From NCBI RefSeq assembly GCF_006345805.1, contig NC_043009.1:14322001-14386000 (forward strand): DNA of 64,000 nucleotides. The letters run 5' to 3'. The notes under the pieces were generated by a model, which was not told the DNA's origin, did no database searches, and was given only the letters and a program-made list of their open reading frames with translations. Below are positions 52,406-64,000 of this stretch, in pieces. Position 1 is the first letter of the stretch. The number at the start of each line of letters is the position of its first letter. The stretch comes from Octopus sinensis (taxonomy: Eukaryota). The position numbers were made by a program, and so were the translations under genes.

Positions 52406-53119
52406 GACAGCTGAAATTTGTGGATACTTATGGTTACAAGTAGTAACCAGCTACCCAATTAAATCCTACCAGAAATAAGACCAAATCTGAGCCAAGCCAA
52501 AATAAATAATAATTATTTCCACTATAAGCATGATGCCTAATATTTTGCGGGGAGGCTCATAGTCCATTACATTTTTCCCAATGTACCTATCAATGTCGAT
52601 CTCATTAAAATTTGAACTCAGAACGTGAAAGACAGATAAAATGTCCGTAAATATTTTTGTACAGCGTGGTAAATAAAGGTTAACGGCCGCGATAAAATGT
52701 CTCAAAGGCATTATCTTTGCAAGAAATGTTAAATAGAAAACGGAACTCGCGATCGGACCAATTACTGCATATTACTTTTGTCTCTGATAATGCCTCTTAA
52801 ATTTATTAATTATTTAGATTATTAAATATGAATTTAGTCTACTCTACTGATCCCAGCAGAATACATGAATATATTTATTTGAGCGATGAAATTGAGATGA
52901 AGGTCAGAATCGAGTCTTGCGGGATTTAATCACACAACGCAAAAGCAGGGGGTTTAAAGATGATTAACGTCAATATTTGCTACTTGTGATATCACTTAAT
53001 TATCCTTCGAATATCAACATATACATTTAACATATTTACAAAAACTTGATATCTTTGTAGTATGACGATCATTATTATGATCACCATCTTTCTCCCTATC
53101 CTCCTCCTCCTCCTCCTCG

Positions 53120-53159
<40 letters not shown>

Positions 53160-54490
53160 TCTTAGCGTCATAGATGTCATGTTATGATAATCCCTATGTT
53201 GGTCATGATGATGACAACGATGGTGATGATGATGAAAACGATGATGATGATGATCATCATCATCATAATCACCATCATTATCGTCAATAATTCCACATAC
53301 ATACCACATCACACTCATGAAAAAGTGTCGATTCAACTGATGTGTAGAAACTAACACTGACTCTTCTGACACACAGACGTGTTGTTACTTGTCTCTACTT
53401 CTTTTTTCGGTACAGAAAGTGGCTTTGGAACTAATCTTGTAATGAAAACCAGACCATTTGTTTCTACCTATGAAGTGAAATCATTTGGAAGATAGCATTC
53501 GAATTATTCTCTTCATTCATACACCATTGAACAAATATACAAAGTGTGCAAAAATCAAATACCTTCACATATTAGGGACCATCTATAAAGGTCATGGGAC
53601 ATAACCCCTGTCTCCTCTGGCTGATTAAAAGATGGACGATATATCAGTTACAATCATTGTCGTACTAACAGTTGTATTAGTAGCAGCACCAACAGAAACA
53701 CTAGCAACTGCGGTGACAGTGGAAGGGTCATTCTTTGGTCGTGATGTATTAATTTCATCTGAAGTAGTTTTTGAGAATTACTGTTAGACAATTATGTAAC
53801 GAGATGACCCTGAGTAAGAGCGGTAATACCATATAACGCTGGTAGATAAAAAAAGACAAGTCATAATGTGAGTGTAATTTAAAAAGTAGGTGACTTTGGC
53901 TAATATAAATAGAGTGGTTATTTTATTCTATCTCGCTGAATCAATTTCTTCTTATATCGACCAAAGTAGAAAATCAATGAGTGTATGTAGGATATGTGTG
54001 GTGAGAAAGAAAGTGTGTGTATACGACGAATAGGAAAAAGAGAGAAAGTAAGACAGAGAGAAAGGGAGAGAGAGAGAGGGTGAGATAGAACGACACAGAG
54101 CATAAGTGGAAGAAGTTCATTGTTTCAAATACAAAGCACGCAAGAGACAGATTCGTGTGTATTTCTAGATACAGACAAATTCATAGAGGATTTTATATGT
54201 TTGTATATATTCTATACAGATATAAACCGTCGCTATTTGGAGAGTGCTCCTATAATTGATACATACATACATACATACATACATACATACACACATACAT
54301 ACATACATACATACATACATACATACTTATATATATACATATCTGTTAGTGTGTGTATGCATGCGCCTATGTATATTACGGGCATATATGGGAGTAGAGG
54401 TCAAATATATGTATTTCAAACAGAAACCAGCTTATGTAACTGAGATAAAGAGAGAGAGAGAGAGAGAGAAAGAGAGATAGAGAGAGAGAA

Positions 54491-54529
<39 letters not shown>

Positions 54530-54664
54530 TAGGGGGGTGATAAAAATGTGGGAAATAGAATGACTGAAAAAGTAAGAGATAAAGGAGCAGACCTTTGGAA
54601 GAGATATTATAATTATTTTAAAATCGATACAGGATAATTGAAATACGAGATAATTTTACATTAC

Positions 54665-55077
54665 AATTTCTTCTTCTTCTTCTTTTTCTTCTTCTTCTTC
54701 TTCTTCTTCTTCTTCTTCTTCTTCTTCTTCTTCTTCTTCTTCTTCTTCTTCTTTTCTTCTTCTTCTTCTTCTTCTTTCTTCTTTTCTTCTTTTTCTTCTT
54801 CTTCTTCTTCTTTCTTCTTCTTCTCTTCTTTTTCTTCTTCTTCTTTTCTTCTTCTTTTCTTCTTCTTTTCTTCTTCTTCTCTTCTTCTTCTCTTTTCTTC
54901 TTCTTTCTTCTTCTTCTTCTTCTTTTTCTTCTTTTCTTCTTCTTCTCTTCTTCTTCTTCCTCCTTCTTCTTCTTCTTCTTCTTCTTCTTCTCCTTCTTCT
55001 TCTTCTTCTTCTTCTTCTCCTTCTTCTTCTTCTTCTTCTTCTTCTTCTTTTTCATTATTATTATTATTATTATTATG

Positions 55078-55111
<34 letters not shown>

Positions 55112-55145
55112 TATTATTATTATTATTATTATCATTATTATTATT
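54665..55145. repeat. Long (CTT)n polypyrimidine tract (~390 bp) grading into (ATT)n
   Basis: Direct reading. Confidence 0.95.
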
Positions 55146-56249
55146 ATCTCATTCCACCTGACATGTTTACTTGCAATTCTAATTCCACTCTCTTAGACAC
55201 GCTCCATTTCTTGCAAAATAACAAAGAAGAACATTACAGTGGAACTATTTCAGGTAATATATAGTTTAAGAAAATAAAATTCAAACCAGAATTCAAGAAA
55301 GAAGCAGTCAGTGTATGAAACTACTCTTGTAATCAAATAGTGAATATCTTCGTGGTCGCTCATTTGTTTGCAACTAACAACTAAATTCGTTTCAAACCAC
55401 AACTTTTCATCTGTAAAAAAAATAAGGAAACACCACATAACGTAATTTTGAATATATTAACTGACAACGTGATTCGAACGTCAATGCTGGAACTCTTTAA
55501 TCATAAATCCACTTGATCGTAGATAATCTGGGGCTAAACTACGACTTCCTTGCATTTTCTGGTTGAGTTAAGGCACTTTCATGAAGGATGATTAATGGTT
55601 TAGTGTCGATAAATTGTTTTCCAGAGCTATTCTTTCAACCGTTGTTATTGAGGGGAAAAGTTATAACTACAAGCTAGAGCAGTTTCGAAAGTAATTTAAA
55701 TAGAACAGAATTATATTCTTAGGATTCATGCACACACACACACGCACGCACAAATACACACATACATACATACATACATACAGATATATATATATATATA
55801 ATATACGATACAACTAAGATGATATTTATATATACATACATACACATATATACATATATATATATACATGCATACATACATACATACATACATACATACA
55901 TACATACATACATACATACATACATACATACATACATACATGCATACATACATATATGTTTGTATGTGTGTTTCAATGCTACTCGCTATTACAGAATATA
56001 TCTACAGATTTTAGACACCAGGATATGTACCAGACATATATAAACTAATTTTCTTTGTGCAGACAGTAGTTACGTGGTCAGAATAACGTGTTTAACCCAT
56101 TTTGTTCCGCTATTTGCAGTCATATCACCATGGAACATTTACTCTTGATATCTCTTCACAGTCGATCATTTATCATAGACAATGAAAAAATGTATCCCAT
56201 CATTTATCTATACCACAATGGTTTAAGACACAAGGAATGCAACTAACCT

Positions 56250-56992
56250 AAGGAGTTTGAACACAAAACCAGCATCCTATACACACCTCAAGTCATGCCC
56301 TCGTAAAAAAAGTTAAAATGCCATTATTGTATCACTTGCTATACTAAAACTAAAGGCTAGACTTTAAAAATTCCCAGTAAAATCACAGAACGAATACGAA
56401 AAAATTATTAATTAGGGGCGGAATTCAATTCATTTAACAAAATTTTCTGAACGTTGTTAGAAGCATTAACAAAGTATCTGGGCTCGTGATGGGACGGAAA
56501 ACCGGCTAAGTTACACTGATTTGAATTTGGTTCATGTCGAAGTCCAAATATATGTTTAATCTAGATTAAAGTACAACGAAATCTTCCAGAAATATCTACT
56601 GGAAAGTTGTAAACGTTACTTGGGTGACTGTTTCATTCTTTGAACTGAAAGTCTTGACCAACTTGAATTCCAGTCCCAAGTTAACAGCATAAACAACAAC
56701 ATTCACTTCCCGATGGAATAGAATATAAAACAACGATCCTTCCAGGATAATTTAAACATAAAAAATGATGCAAACATCGAAACCAGCATTCACTATAAAC
56801 TTACACAAAGCCTGAACGATACTTATTGTTCACTTATTACCACCCAAAACAAATCCAATGGAATATATCTTCTAATATATTAGAAAGAATAAGTGTTTAG
56901 AATTTTGCAACAAGTCTCTGATGATTAAGACAAATGATGCTTCATGAGAAAGAAACAACAAAATTAATAGATAACGGACTAGAACTCGCCAC
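56250..56992 (+). mobile_element. Penelope-like reverse transcriptase remnant
   Basis: SGLVMGRK (GTAMG-like); CKRYLGDCFIL* at 56608-56643 (YLDD motif mutated); IHFPME; SFQD; IETSIHYKLT; [10 protein letters not shown], in the PLE RT motif order. Confidence 0.78.
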
Positions 56993-57030
56993 TTATGGTA
57001 GAAGTTACATACGTTTTGAAATATATATAT

Positions 57031-57065
57031 ACTCTTTTACTTGTTTCAGTCACTTGACTGCGGCC
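57031..57065 (-). mobile_element. 3'-terminal stub of SINE family B
   Basis: ACTCTTTTACTTGTTTCAGTCACTTGACTGCGGCC within (TA)n. Confidence 0.75.
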
Positions 57066-57150
57066 ATATATATACATACATATGTATATGTATTTAATTA
57101 TATATATATATATATATATGTGTGTGGTGTGTGTGTGTGTGTGTATACAT

Positions 57151-57222
<72 letters not shown>

Positions 57223-58224
57223 ATGTATGTATACATGCACGTGTCCGCGTGTGATTGTGAGTCATTGTATGTATGTATGTATGTATGTGTGTGTGTGTAC
57301 ACTTGTGCGTCTGTTGCACAATTTGGCAGTAATTTCGTTATCATATATACATAACAGAGTGTATTCGAAAGAGAAGTTGGGAGTTTATAGGAAAACGTTA
57401 ACTCTGAAATTGCGACGTAAGTGCGGGGCAAAAGAGTAGTTATGATAAACAGGAAACTGTGCAACATGGCTTGTTTTTTTTTTTACCACCATTGATTAAG
57501 TAGATAAGGACGTTTAATGTATCAGTCATTTTCTCTTTCTCTCCCCCTCTCTCTCCTATAAAATACATCCTGTTAACACGGCAATGGGTCGAAGTAATGC
57601 AACCTTTAGCACTGAGCTAATCATTAGTGATTATCTTTAATTATGCTAACTCTAATTCGCTCGATGTTAATAACAATTGTGAAAGTCACTCAGAATCAGT
57701 TGCAGTTCAGATTATTAACTCTATGATTTCGACAAGTGAGCATGTTTTGACATTTATTTCACACGAGAGAAAAACCTCTCGGGGAACACGACCAAGCCGC
57801 TATGAGTGGTAGTGTTGTTCTTCATTCATTGTTTGACTGATTAATTAATTAATTTTTTTTCTTTTTTCATTTCTCCATTCCTTGAATTTTTCCTCATCTT
57901 TTTATGCTAGACTTCATTCATTTGCTCATTTAATTTTTTTTTAAACTTTGGACAACCACTTTAAATATTCCGCACAGTTGATGTGTGGGATGAAAATAAA
58001 AATCTAGAAAACAAGCTATTACCAGAATTGGCCAATTCCATGGACGATCATTATATACAAGAGTGCTAATTGCCTTATGTTTTAATGATAGCATCATTGA
58101 ATACGCACTTTATAGCTTTTCTAGAAACTCCCAACTAATTGCAGCTTCTCTACGCACCGAGGCCGCAACCAGCACCATAACATTTACCTACATTTCGCTA
58201 TATAGGTAGGTGTATGTATACTTG

Positions 58225-58318
<94 letters not shown>
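58225..58318. repeat. (TCTA)n microsatellite
   Basis: Direct reading. Confidence 0.95.
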
Positions 58319-58319
<1 letters not shown>

Positions 58320-58544
58320 GCATATCTATCTACGTATATCTATATACACACAAATTTATATCAATGTATATGTATTTGTGGATGTGTAGGAACGTATATG
58401 TCTTCAAGAGATGTGAGTTCGTGCCTCACAAAGAGCCTTCGAATTTTTCTATTCAAAAGTGCTTTTCAATTCAAGATTTGCATGCTATTATGTACAGCGC
58501 TATGTGCTTCGAAATCCATTGTTACACACACGCGCGCACGCACC

Positions 58545-58589
<45 letters not shown>

Positions 58590-58599
58590 ATGCTTGGTG

Positions 58600-59432
58600 T
58601 ATAGAGGCGGTTCAAGCAAGATTTGACGAAACTGCTTGATGTATAGGTGAAGAGTATCGACGCTGGAGAGCATAAAGATTAAATTTGTAGTTAACAAAAG
58701 GTTATCTGGCATGGAGGAATGGAAATCATCTGAATATCGGAAAAGAGTTAACTGTATCATATTGATTCGCACCCGGTATCAAAATGCCGACATCCTGACT
58801 CCACCTCGGTCCTCAGGGAACACTGTAAAAGCTGTAAGACGTGACATGGAAAGCTGCAACAGAGACTATATAGACGGGCTCAGCACGAAACGACACAGCA
58901 GGCATTCTGACTGTGTATCCTACGCGCTCTCGAATGCAGCCAGACATTTAACAAGACCTTAAGCTCTATTCAGAAAGCTATGCGGAACTGCTGGAGACTA
59001 CGTTCAATACCTGGCTGGGAGGCCATGTGTGTAGCATACTTCTGGAAAGAGTCAGAAGTGGTTGTCACAGAATTTATACGACTTCATCAGCCCCATCATC
59101 TGGCTTCCTGATTTCCTCAGATTTTAATTCCTTGAATTACACTAACTGGTGCAGTTCAGAAAGACACCAACCGATCTACCTCCTAAAACAAGCCTGAATT
59201 GGTGGCCCACATGAAGGATCTGTTCGAAAATCTTCATGGCATACAGTGAGAAACGTATGCGCCAGGTTCCAGTGGAAGCTGAGGCTGGCTACTTACTTTG
59301 AGTAAACAGTTATCTGCCACCCATAATCTAGTTGATGCTTTGAGTTTTTGAAATACTATTATTTTTGGATGGGATAATGTGTTGTCCTTTTTCATTTATA
59401 CAATTGTCAAATTTTGCCCGAACAGCCTTTAT
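58600..59432 (+). mobile_element. Tc1/mariner DNA transposon remnant (maT/DD37D-like), internally deleted, both TIRs present
   Basis: GRPCV*HTSGKSQKWLSQNLYDFISPIIWLP..DFNSLNY...KDTNR matches the C-terminal DDD domain; TIRs at 58605-58627 and 59406-59428 match at 19 of 23 positions. Confidence 0.8.
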
Positions 59433-59492
59433 ACATACAACTATATGTATGTGTGAGTGTTTGTGTTGTATATATATATATATATATATATA

Positions 59493-59695
59493 TACAGGGA
59501 GAGTTTACGGAAAAAAACAAAAGACGAAGACGGGTGTTGTACAAAACAAACAGATGTATTAGTATAACGCTCAGGAATAGAAAAAGTCTTTTACGTTTCG
59601 AGCCTACGCTCTTCTATAGAAAGGGATACGGAAAACAAGGAGAGAAACAAGGAGAGAAAAATGTGTGTAGTGGCTAACGATCTAACATAGCGTCA
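59493..59695 (-). mobile_element. PLE pLTR fragment with a hammerhead-like motif (59587-59624)
   Basis: Minus strand reads CCTTT-CTATAGA-A-GAGC-GTAG-GCTC-GAAA-CG-TA-AAAGA; near-identical to 39435-39590. Confidence 0.65.
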
Positions 59696-59774
<79 letters not shown>

Positions 59775-59775
<1 letters not shown>

Positions 59776-59992
59776 GTGTGTGTGTGTATGTTTGTGTGTC
59801 TGTGTTTGTCCCCCCAACATCGCTTGATAACCGATGCTGGTGTGCTTACGTTCCCGTAACTTGGCGGTTCAACAAAAGTGGCCGATAGAATAAGTACTAT
59901 ACTTACAAAGAATAAGTCCTGGGGTCGATTTGCTCGAGTAAAGGCGGTGCTCCAGCATGGTCGCAGTCAAATGACAGAAACAAGTAAGAGAG
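59775..59992 (+). mobile_element. SINE family B 3' half
   Basis: TTTGTCCCCCCAACATCGCTTGATAACCGATGCTGG...GGCGGTGCTCCAGCATGG...GAAACAAGTAAGAG. Confidence 0.85.
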
Positions 59993-60802
59993 CCTACAGT
60001 GTCATGCGAGTTTCTACAGCACCACTTGGTGGTACCTCCATGTTTCCGAGGTGTTTGTAACATTGTGTTCTTGCTTGTTTGAGTATTGGACGACAGTACA
60101 TGCTTCCAGTTGGTATACTCACCACTTTGTTTAATGTGAGTTTATTCTCTTGTTTCTTGTTATATTACTATGTATTCTGCCGCCTGTGGTACGTGTAATA
60201 TGAATCGTCTCATTGTGCTGGATGCTCAGTCTGCATTCGGTATTAGGCGAATGGGTTAACCCCTTTTTTTCAGCTTTCGAGAACTCTGCGGAAGATTTGT
60301 GTAGTTACCGGTATCTCTATTCGCTATTCATGCCATTATTCCTTATTGTATTTGTTGTTTTTTATTATTGTTTTTACCACTGGATTCTAAGCAGAGAGAG
60401 TTAATGTTCTTTGATATGTATTTGCTGATGTTGTAATGTAGTTAATTCCTAGCATTTTCGTATTTATACTTGACAACAATAAATCATGTTACACAGATAT
60501 ATAGGTTAAATATCGATCAGGATCTCTGGCATTTCTTATCCCTTACGTCTCATTTCATGTTTATGAGCGTTTCTACATTCCATGTTCACTCTCTTCGGTT
60601 TTCCTCTTCCTCCTCCTCTTCTATCCATTTTTGAATTATATGTATATATACTAGAGTGTTACTAGTCATATGCTGGGGAGCTTTGGAAGTATATTTTTGC
60701 CACAGTGGATAATTAGATAAAAAATAAAAAATAATGATTATACGGAAGTCACATTTTCTGATATTATCCATGTGGGCAAAGCGATTTAATATTATTTTAG
60801 CA

Positions 60803-61015
60803 ATAAAGTCAGTGAGCTGTCAGTATCATTAGCACGCCGGTCTAGATGCATAGCGGTAGTTCGTCTGTCTTTACCTTCTGCGTTCAAATTCTGCTGAGCT
60901 CGATTTACCTTTCATCTTGGCGGGATTGATAAAATAAGTACCAGTTGAGTAATGAATCGACTTTCCTCCTCTCCCAAAATTGCTGGCCTTGTACCAAAAT
61001 TTGAAACTAATATTA
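60803..61015 (+). mobile_element. SINE family A
   Basis: GTGAGCTGTCAGTATCATTAGCACGCCGG...TTCAAATTC...GATAAAATAAGTACCAGTTGAG...TTGCTGGCCTTGTACCAAAATTTGAAA. Confidence 0.78.
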
Positions 61016-61134
61016 TTGTAGCAGTAGTAATGATATATTCTTTTGGAGTAGCTTCTGGAAGTTCTTAATCCTAGTGATTGGCGAAAAACGATGCAGAAAA
61101 AATTATTTGCAAATTTTCATTACAATAAATATTG

Positions 61135-61350
61135 CTATTGGTTTCGAATTTCGGCACATAGCAGACAGGTTTGAGGGAGAAGATAAGTCGATTATATCGA
61201 CCCCAGTGCTCAAGTAGTACTTATTCTATCGACCCCGAAAGGATGAACATCGATAATGGTAGAATTTGAACTCACCACGTAAAGATGGCCGAAGTGCTGC
61301 CAAGCATCTGACACTGGCACGCTGACGATTCTCCAGTTTCGTTGCCTTCA
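61135..61350 (-). mobile_element. SINE family A, inverted relative to the previous copy
   Basis: TCGACCCCAGTGCTCAAG..GTACTTATTCTATCGACCCCGAAAGGATGAA...GAATTTGAACTCA on the plus strand. Confidence 0.78.
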
Positions 61351-62665
61351 CAATGAATGTTTATATTGCATAGCCTTTTCAGCTTTCGTCTCCTACTCTA
61401 CCGTCCGTTTCCACTCTTCCTCCTCCTACTCCTTTTCCACCTGATTTTTTTTCCTGTTGCACTCTTTCAGTAATTGTCTGCCACAAAGCACAGAATGTAC
61501 ACTCATTCTGAACTACTTACGTTACTTCTCTCTACATCTCTGTTTCAACCTATCTCTTTCCCCTCAGTGTCAGATATAAAGCATAATTGCAATATTCCGT
61601 CAACGAGTTGACCAGCATTGATATTGCCTATTATTGTATACTAATACATTAACATAGATACAGGCACATATGTGTGGAAGGCAGATGTGTGTGAGTATAT
61701 ATAGGCACGCATATAAATGCATATACGTATAGGCATACTCATACGTGCACATATATTTATATAGCCATCAGTAATTTTCAACCTCCTTGCCACGCTTTTC
61801 GTTTCAATTTCTTAAATATTCAACTGACAATATGTTTAACACGCCAGTGATTCAGTCATTTAAGCAAGAAGGGCAATAGTGAAAGGATTTAAAGTGTTTC
61901 TACTTTATACAAGTCGAAATTGTTTTTACGCTGTTCCCCAAAGCTGAGGGATGTTCCCAAAAGACATCACTTTTGTTTACATTTGTCATTTCAATTTCCA
62001 TACACTCATACATACATACACACAAACATACATACATACATATACGCACACACATATACATATAAATACATGAAAATAACCTAATATAAGTAACTGCGAG
62101 TGGTTAGTGGAATGTGTATAATTCTCGAAGGAAAATAACTGTTTATTAAATAACACGTAATATAATTTCTTGATTTATTGGTAATAACTCCACTTCCAGA
62201 AAATGTAGGAAAATCTCTTTATGGCAATAGACATTGACTCCGATTTAGAGTCCGAGATAATTGCAAGAATAAAGAATACTTTCAACTCTGCGTACCATTA
62301 AGGAAAAGGGAATCGGATTGTCTGGAGAATGAAAAAAATACAACGTTTGTTCTGAACGTGCTAAAACACCAACAAACACAGTTAGTCATTTATGCATAAA
62401 TACGCGTGTGAGTATGTGTGTGTGTGTGCATGTGTGTGTGCGTTTGTGTGCGTACATGTATGTATAATATTTGTGTACGTTTGAAGTAGAGGTGTAGCGA
62501 ATAAGACAGACGTAGTAGCACTTGCACTCGTGCACAAGTAAGATGCAAAATATTCATATGCCTGTTAAGTTGAGGCACCAAAATGGTCGTCGTCCTTGAA
62601 CGAAGAACACTTACTACGTTGCACACACACAAAAAAAAACAAACACACGCAAATATATATACTAT

Positions 62666-63070
62666 CTCTCTTTTACTTGTTTCAGTCATTTGACTGCGGC
62701 CATGCTGGAGCACCGCCTTTAATCGAGCAACTTAACTCCGGGACTTATTTTGTAAGCCCAGTACTTATTCTATCGGTCTCTTTTTGCCGAACCGCTAAGT
62801 AACGGGGACATAAACACACCAGCATCAGTTGTCAAGCAATGCTAGGGGAACAAACACAGACACACAAACATATACACACACACTTATATATATATATACA
62901 TATATACGACAGGCTTCTTTCAGTTTCCGTCTACCAAATCCACTCACAAGGCATTGGTCGGCCCGGGGCTATAGCAGAAGACACTTGCCCAAGATGCCAC
63001 GCAGTGGGACTAAACCCGGAACCATGTGGTTGGTAAGCAAGCTACTTACCACACAGCCACTCCTGCGCCT
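62666..63070 (-). mobile_element. SINE family B (CORE-like), full length
   Basis: Minus strand from AGGCGCAGGAGTGGCTGTGTGGTAAG through ATCTTGGGCAAGTGTCTTC (CORE-like) to GAAACAAGTAAAAGAG. Confidence 0.9.
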
Positions 63071-63617
63071 ACATATACATACATACTTATACATGTCCTA
63101 TACTTTATTATTTGGCTTTATATATGTATGTTTGTATGTATCTATGTACGTATGTATGTATATAGGGACAGCAGAAAACAGGTGTCTCCACGAATAGGAT
63201 TCCTTCTTTCCATGTAAGCAAATTAAGAAAGCAATAAATTGCTCTTCGCTGTTTTTGTATGTGTTTAACTGCCCTATCCGACATGGAGGAGGACCAGTAC
63301 TTACTCGAAGGCGTTAAAATAGACAAAATCACTCGTCCACAGATGTCTGCTTGTCGCTAGAAGGCCAAACGCTATTCACCTTAATGACACGTCCATTCTA
63401 AAACATTTCTGATTCTTAAAAGTACATCTCCCATTGAACTTGGCACTAATAACTATATTGCGAATATTTTGCCTTTATGTCCAATACTTTATTATTTAGC
63501 TTTATGTATGTATGTATGTATGTATGTATGTATGTATGTTGTATGTATGTATGTATGGTCTATGTACGTATATTGTTATGTATATGATGTTGTATCTATA
63601 TCTATATTCTATCTATC

Positions 63618-63690
<73 letters not shown>

Positions 63691-64000
63691 CGCTGTTTTT
63701 CCTCTCGGTCTACGTGAATTTTTGAGTATATATGTCTGAGAGTTGTTTCTTACAGTAGAAGAAATAGCTAGGTTTTTGGCTACTATTTCTAAAATTCCGT
63801 GTGTTGTGAAGGAAATTTTTTGTCTAACCCTAATTATAATTATACTCATAGTTATAATATATATATATATATGTACAAACAATTGCAGCGTAGAAGTTGT
63901 TTATAAGCCATTTAGAAACACACAAAATCCGTTAGATTCACTTCAACATTTAAATTCATTTTGTCAAAATATTTTCGTTGTTTGAGACTGACAAAACTCC

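Noticed and set aside
63295-63375. Minus-strand strong donor (CGA|GTAAGT) preceded by a short open frame (TSRHLWTSDFVYFNAF)
   Set aside because: The candidate is ~50 nt long, with a weak acceptor, no partner exons and no confident homology.

Overview
This is a repeat-dense, AT-rich eukaryotic (animal) region, either intronic or intergenic. I could not recognise any host protein-coding gene. Almost all ORFs in the supplied track are translation artefacts of (TA)n, (CA)n, (AAT)n, (CTT)n and (CTA)n microsatellites. From memory, the SINE families match octopus tRNA-derived SINEs, so the source is probably Octopus/cephalopod (inference, no search run). The interpretable content is transposon-derived: three tRNA-derived SINE families; RTE and CR1/L2 LINE 3' remnants; several decayed R4/Dong-like REL-endonuclease LINEs sitting in (AAT)n tracts; a ~550-bp element present three times, always next to AAT repeats; a Tc1/mariner remnant with both TIRs; a fold-back MITE; and many Penelope-like element (PLE) pieces. 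The most notable signals are (i) a ~3-kb island of roughly 80% AT carrying a stop-free 211-codon PLE GIY-YIG endonuclease frame with its catalytic residues, plus a downstream hammerhead-ribozyme (HHR) motif, and (ii) a set of PLE-type HHR motifs, including a family with a non-canonical core and a perfect 57-bp palindrome that folds back at an HHR core. Coordinates of decayed elements are approximate (about +/-20-50 nt). Percent identities and compositions are by-eye estimates.
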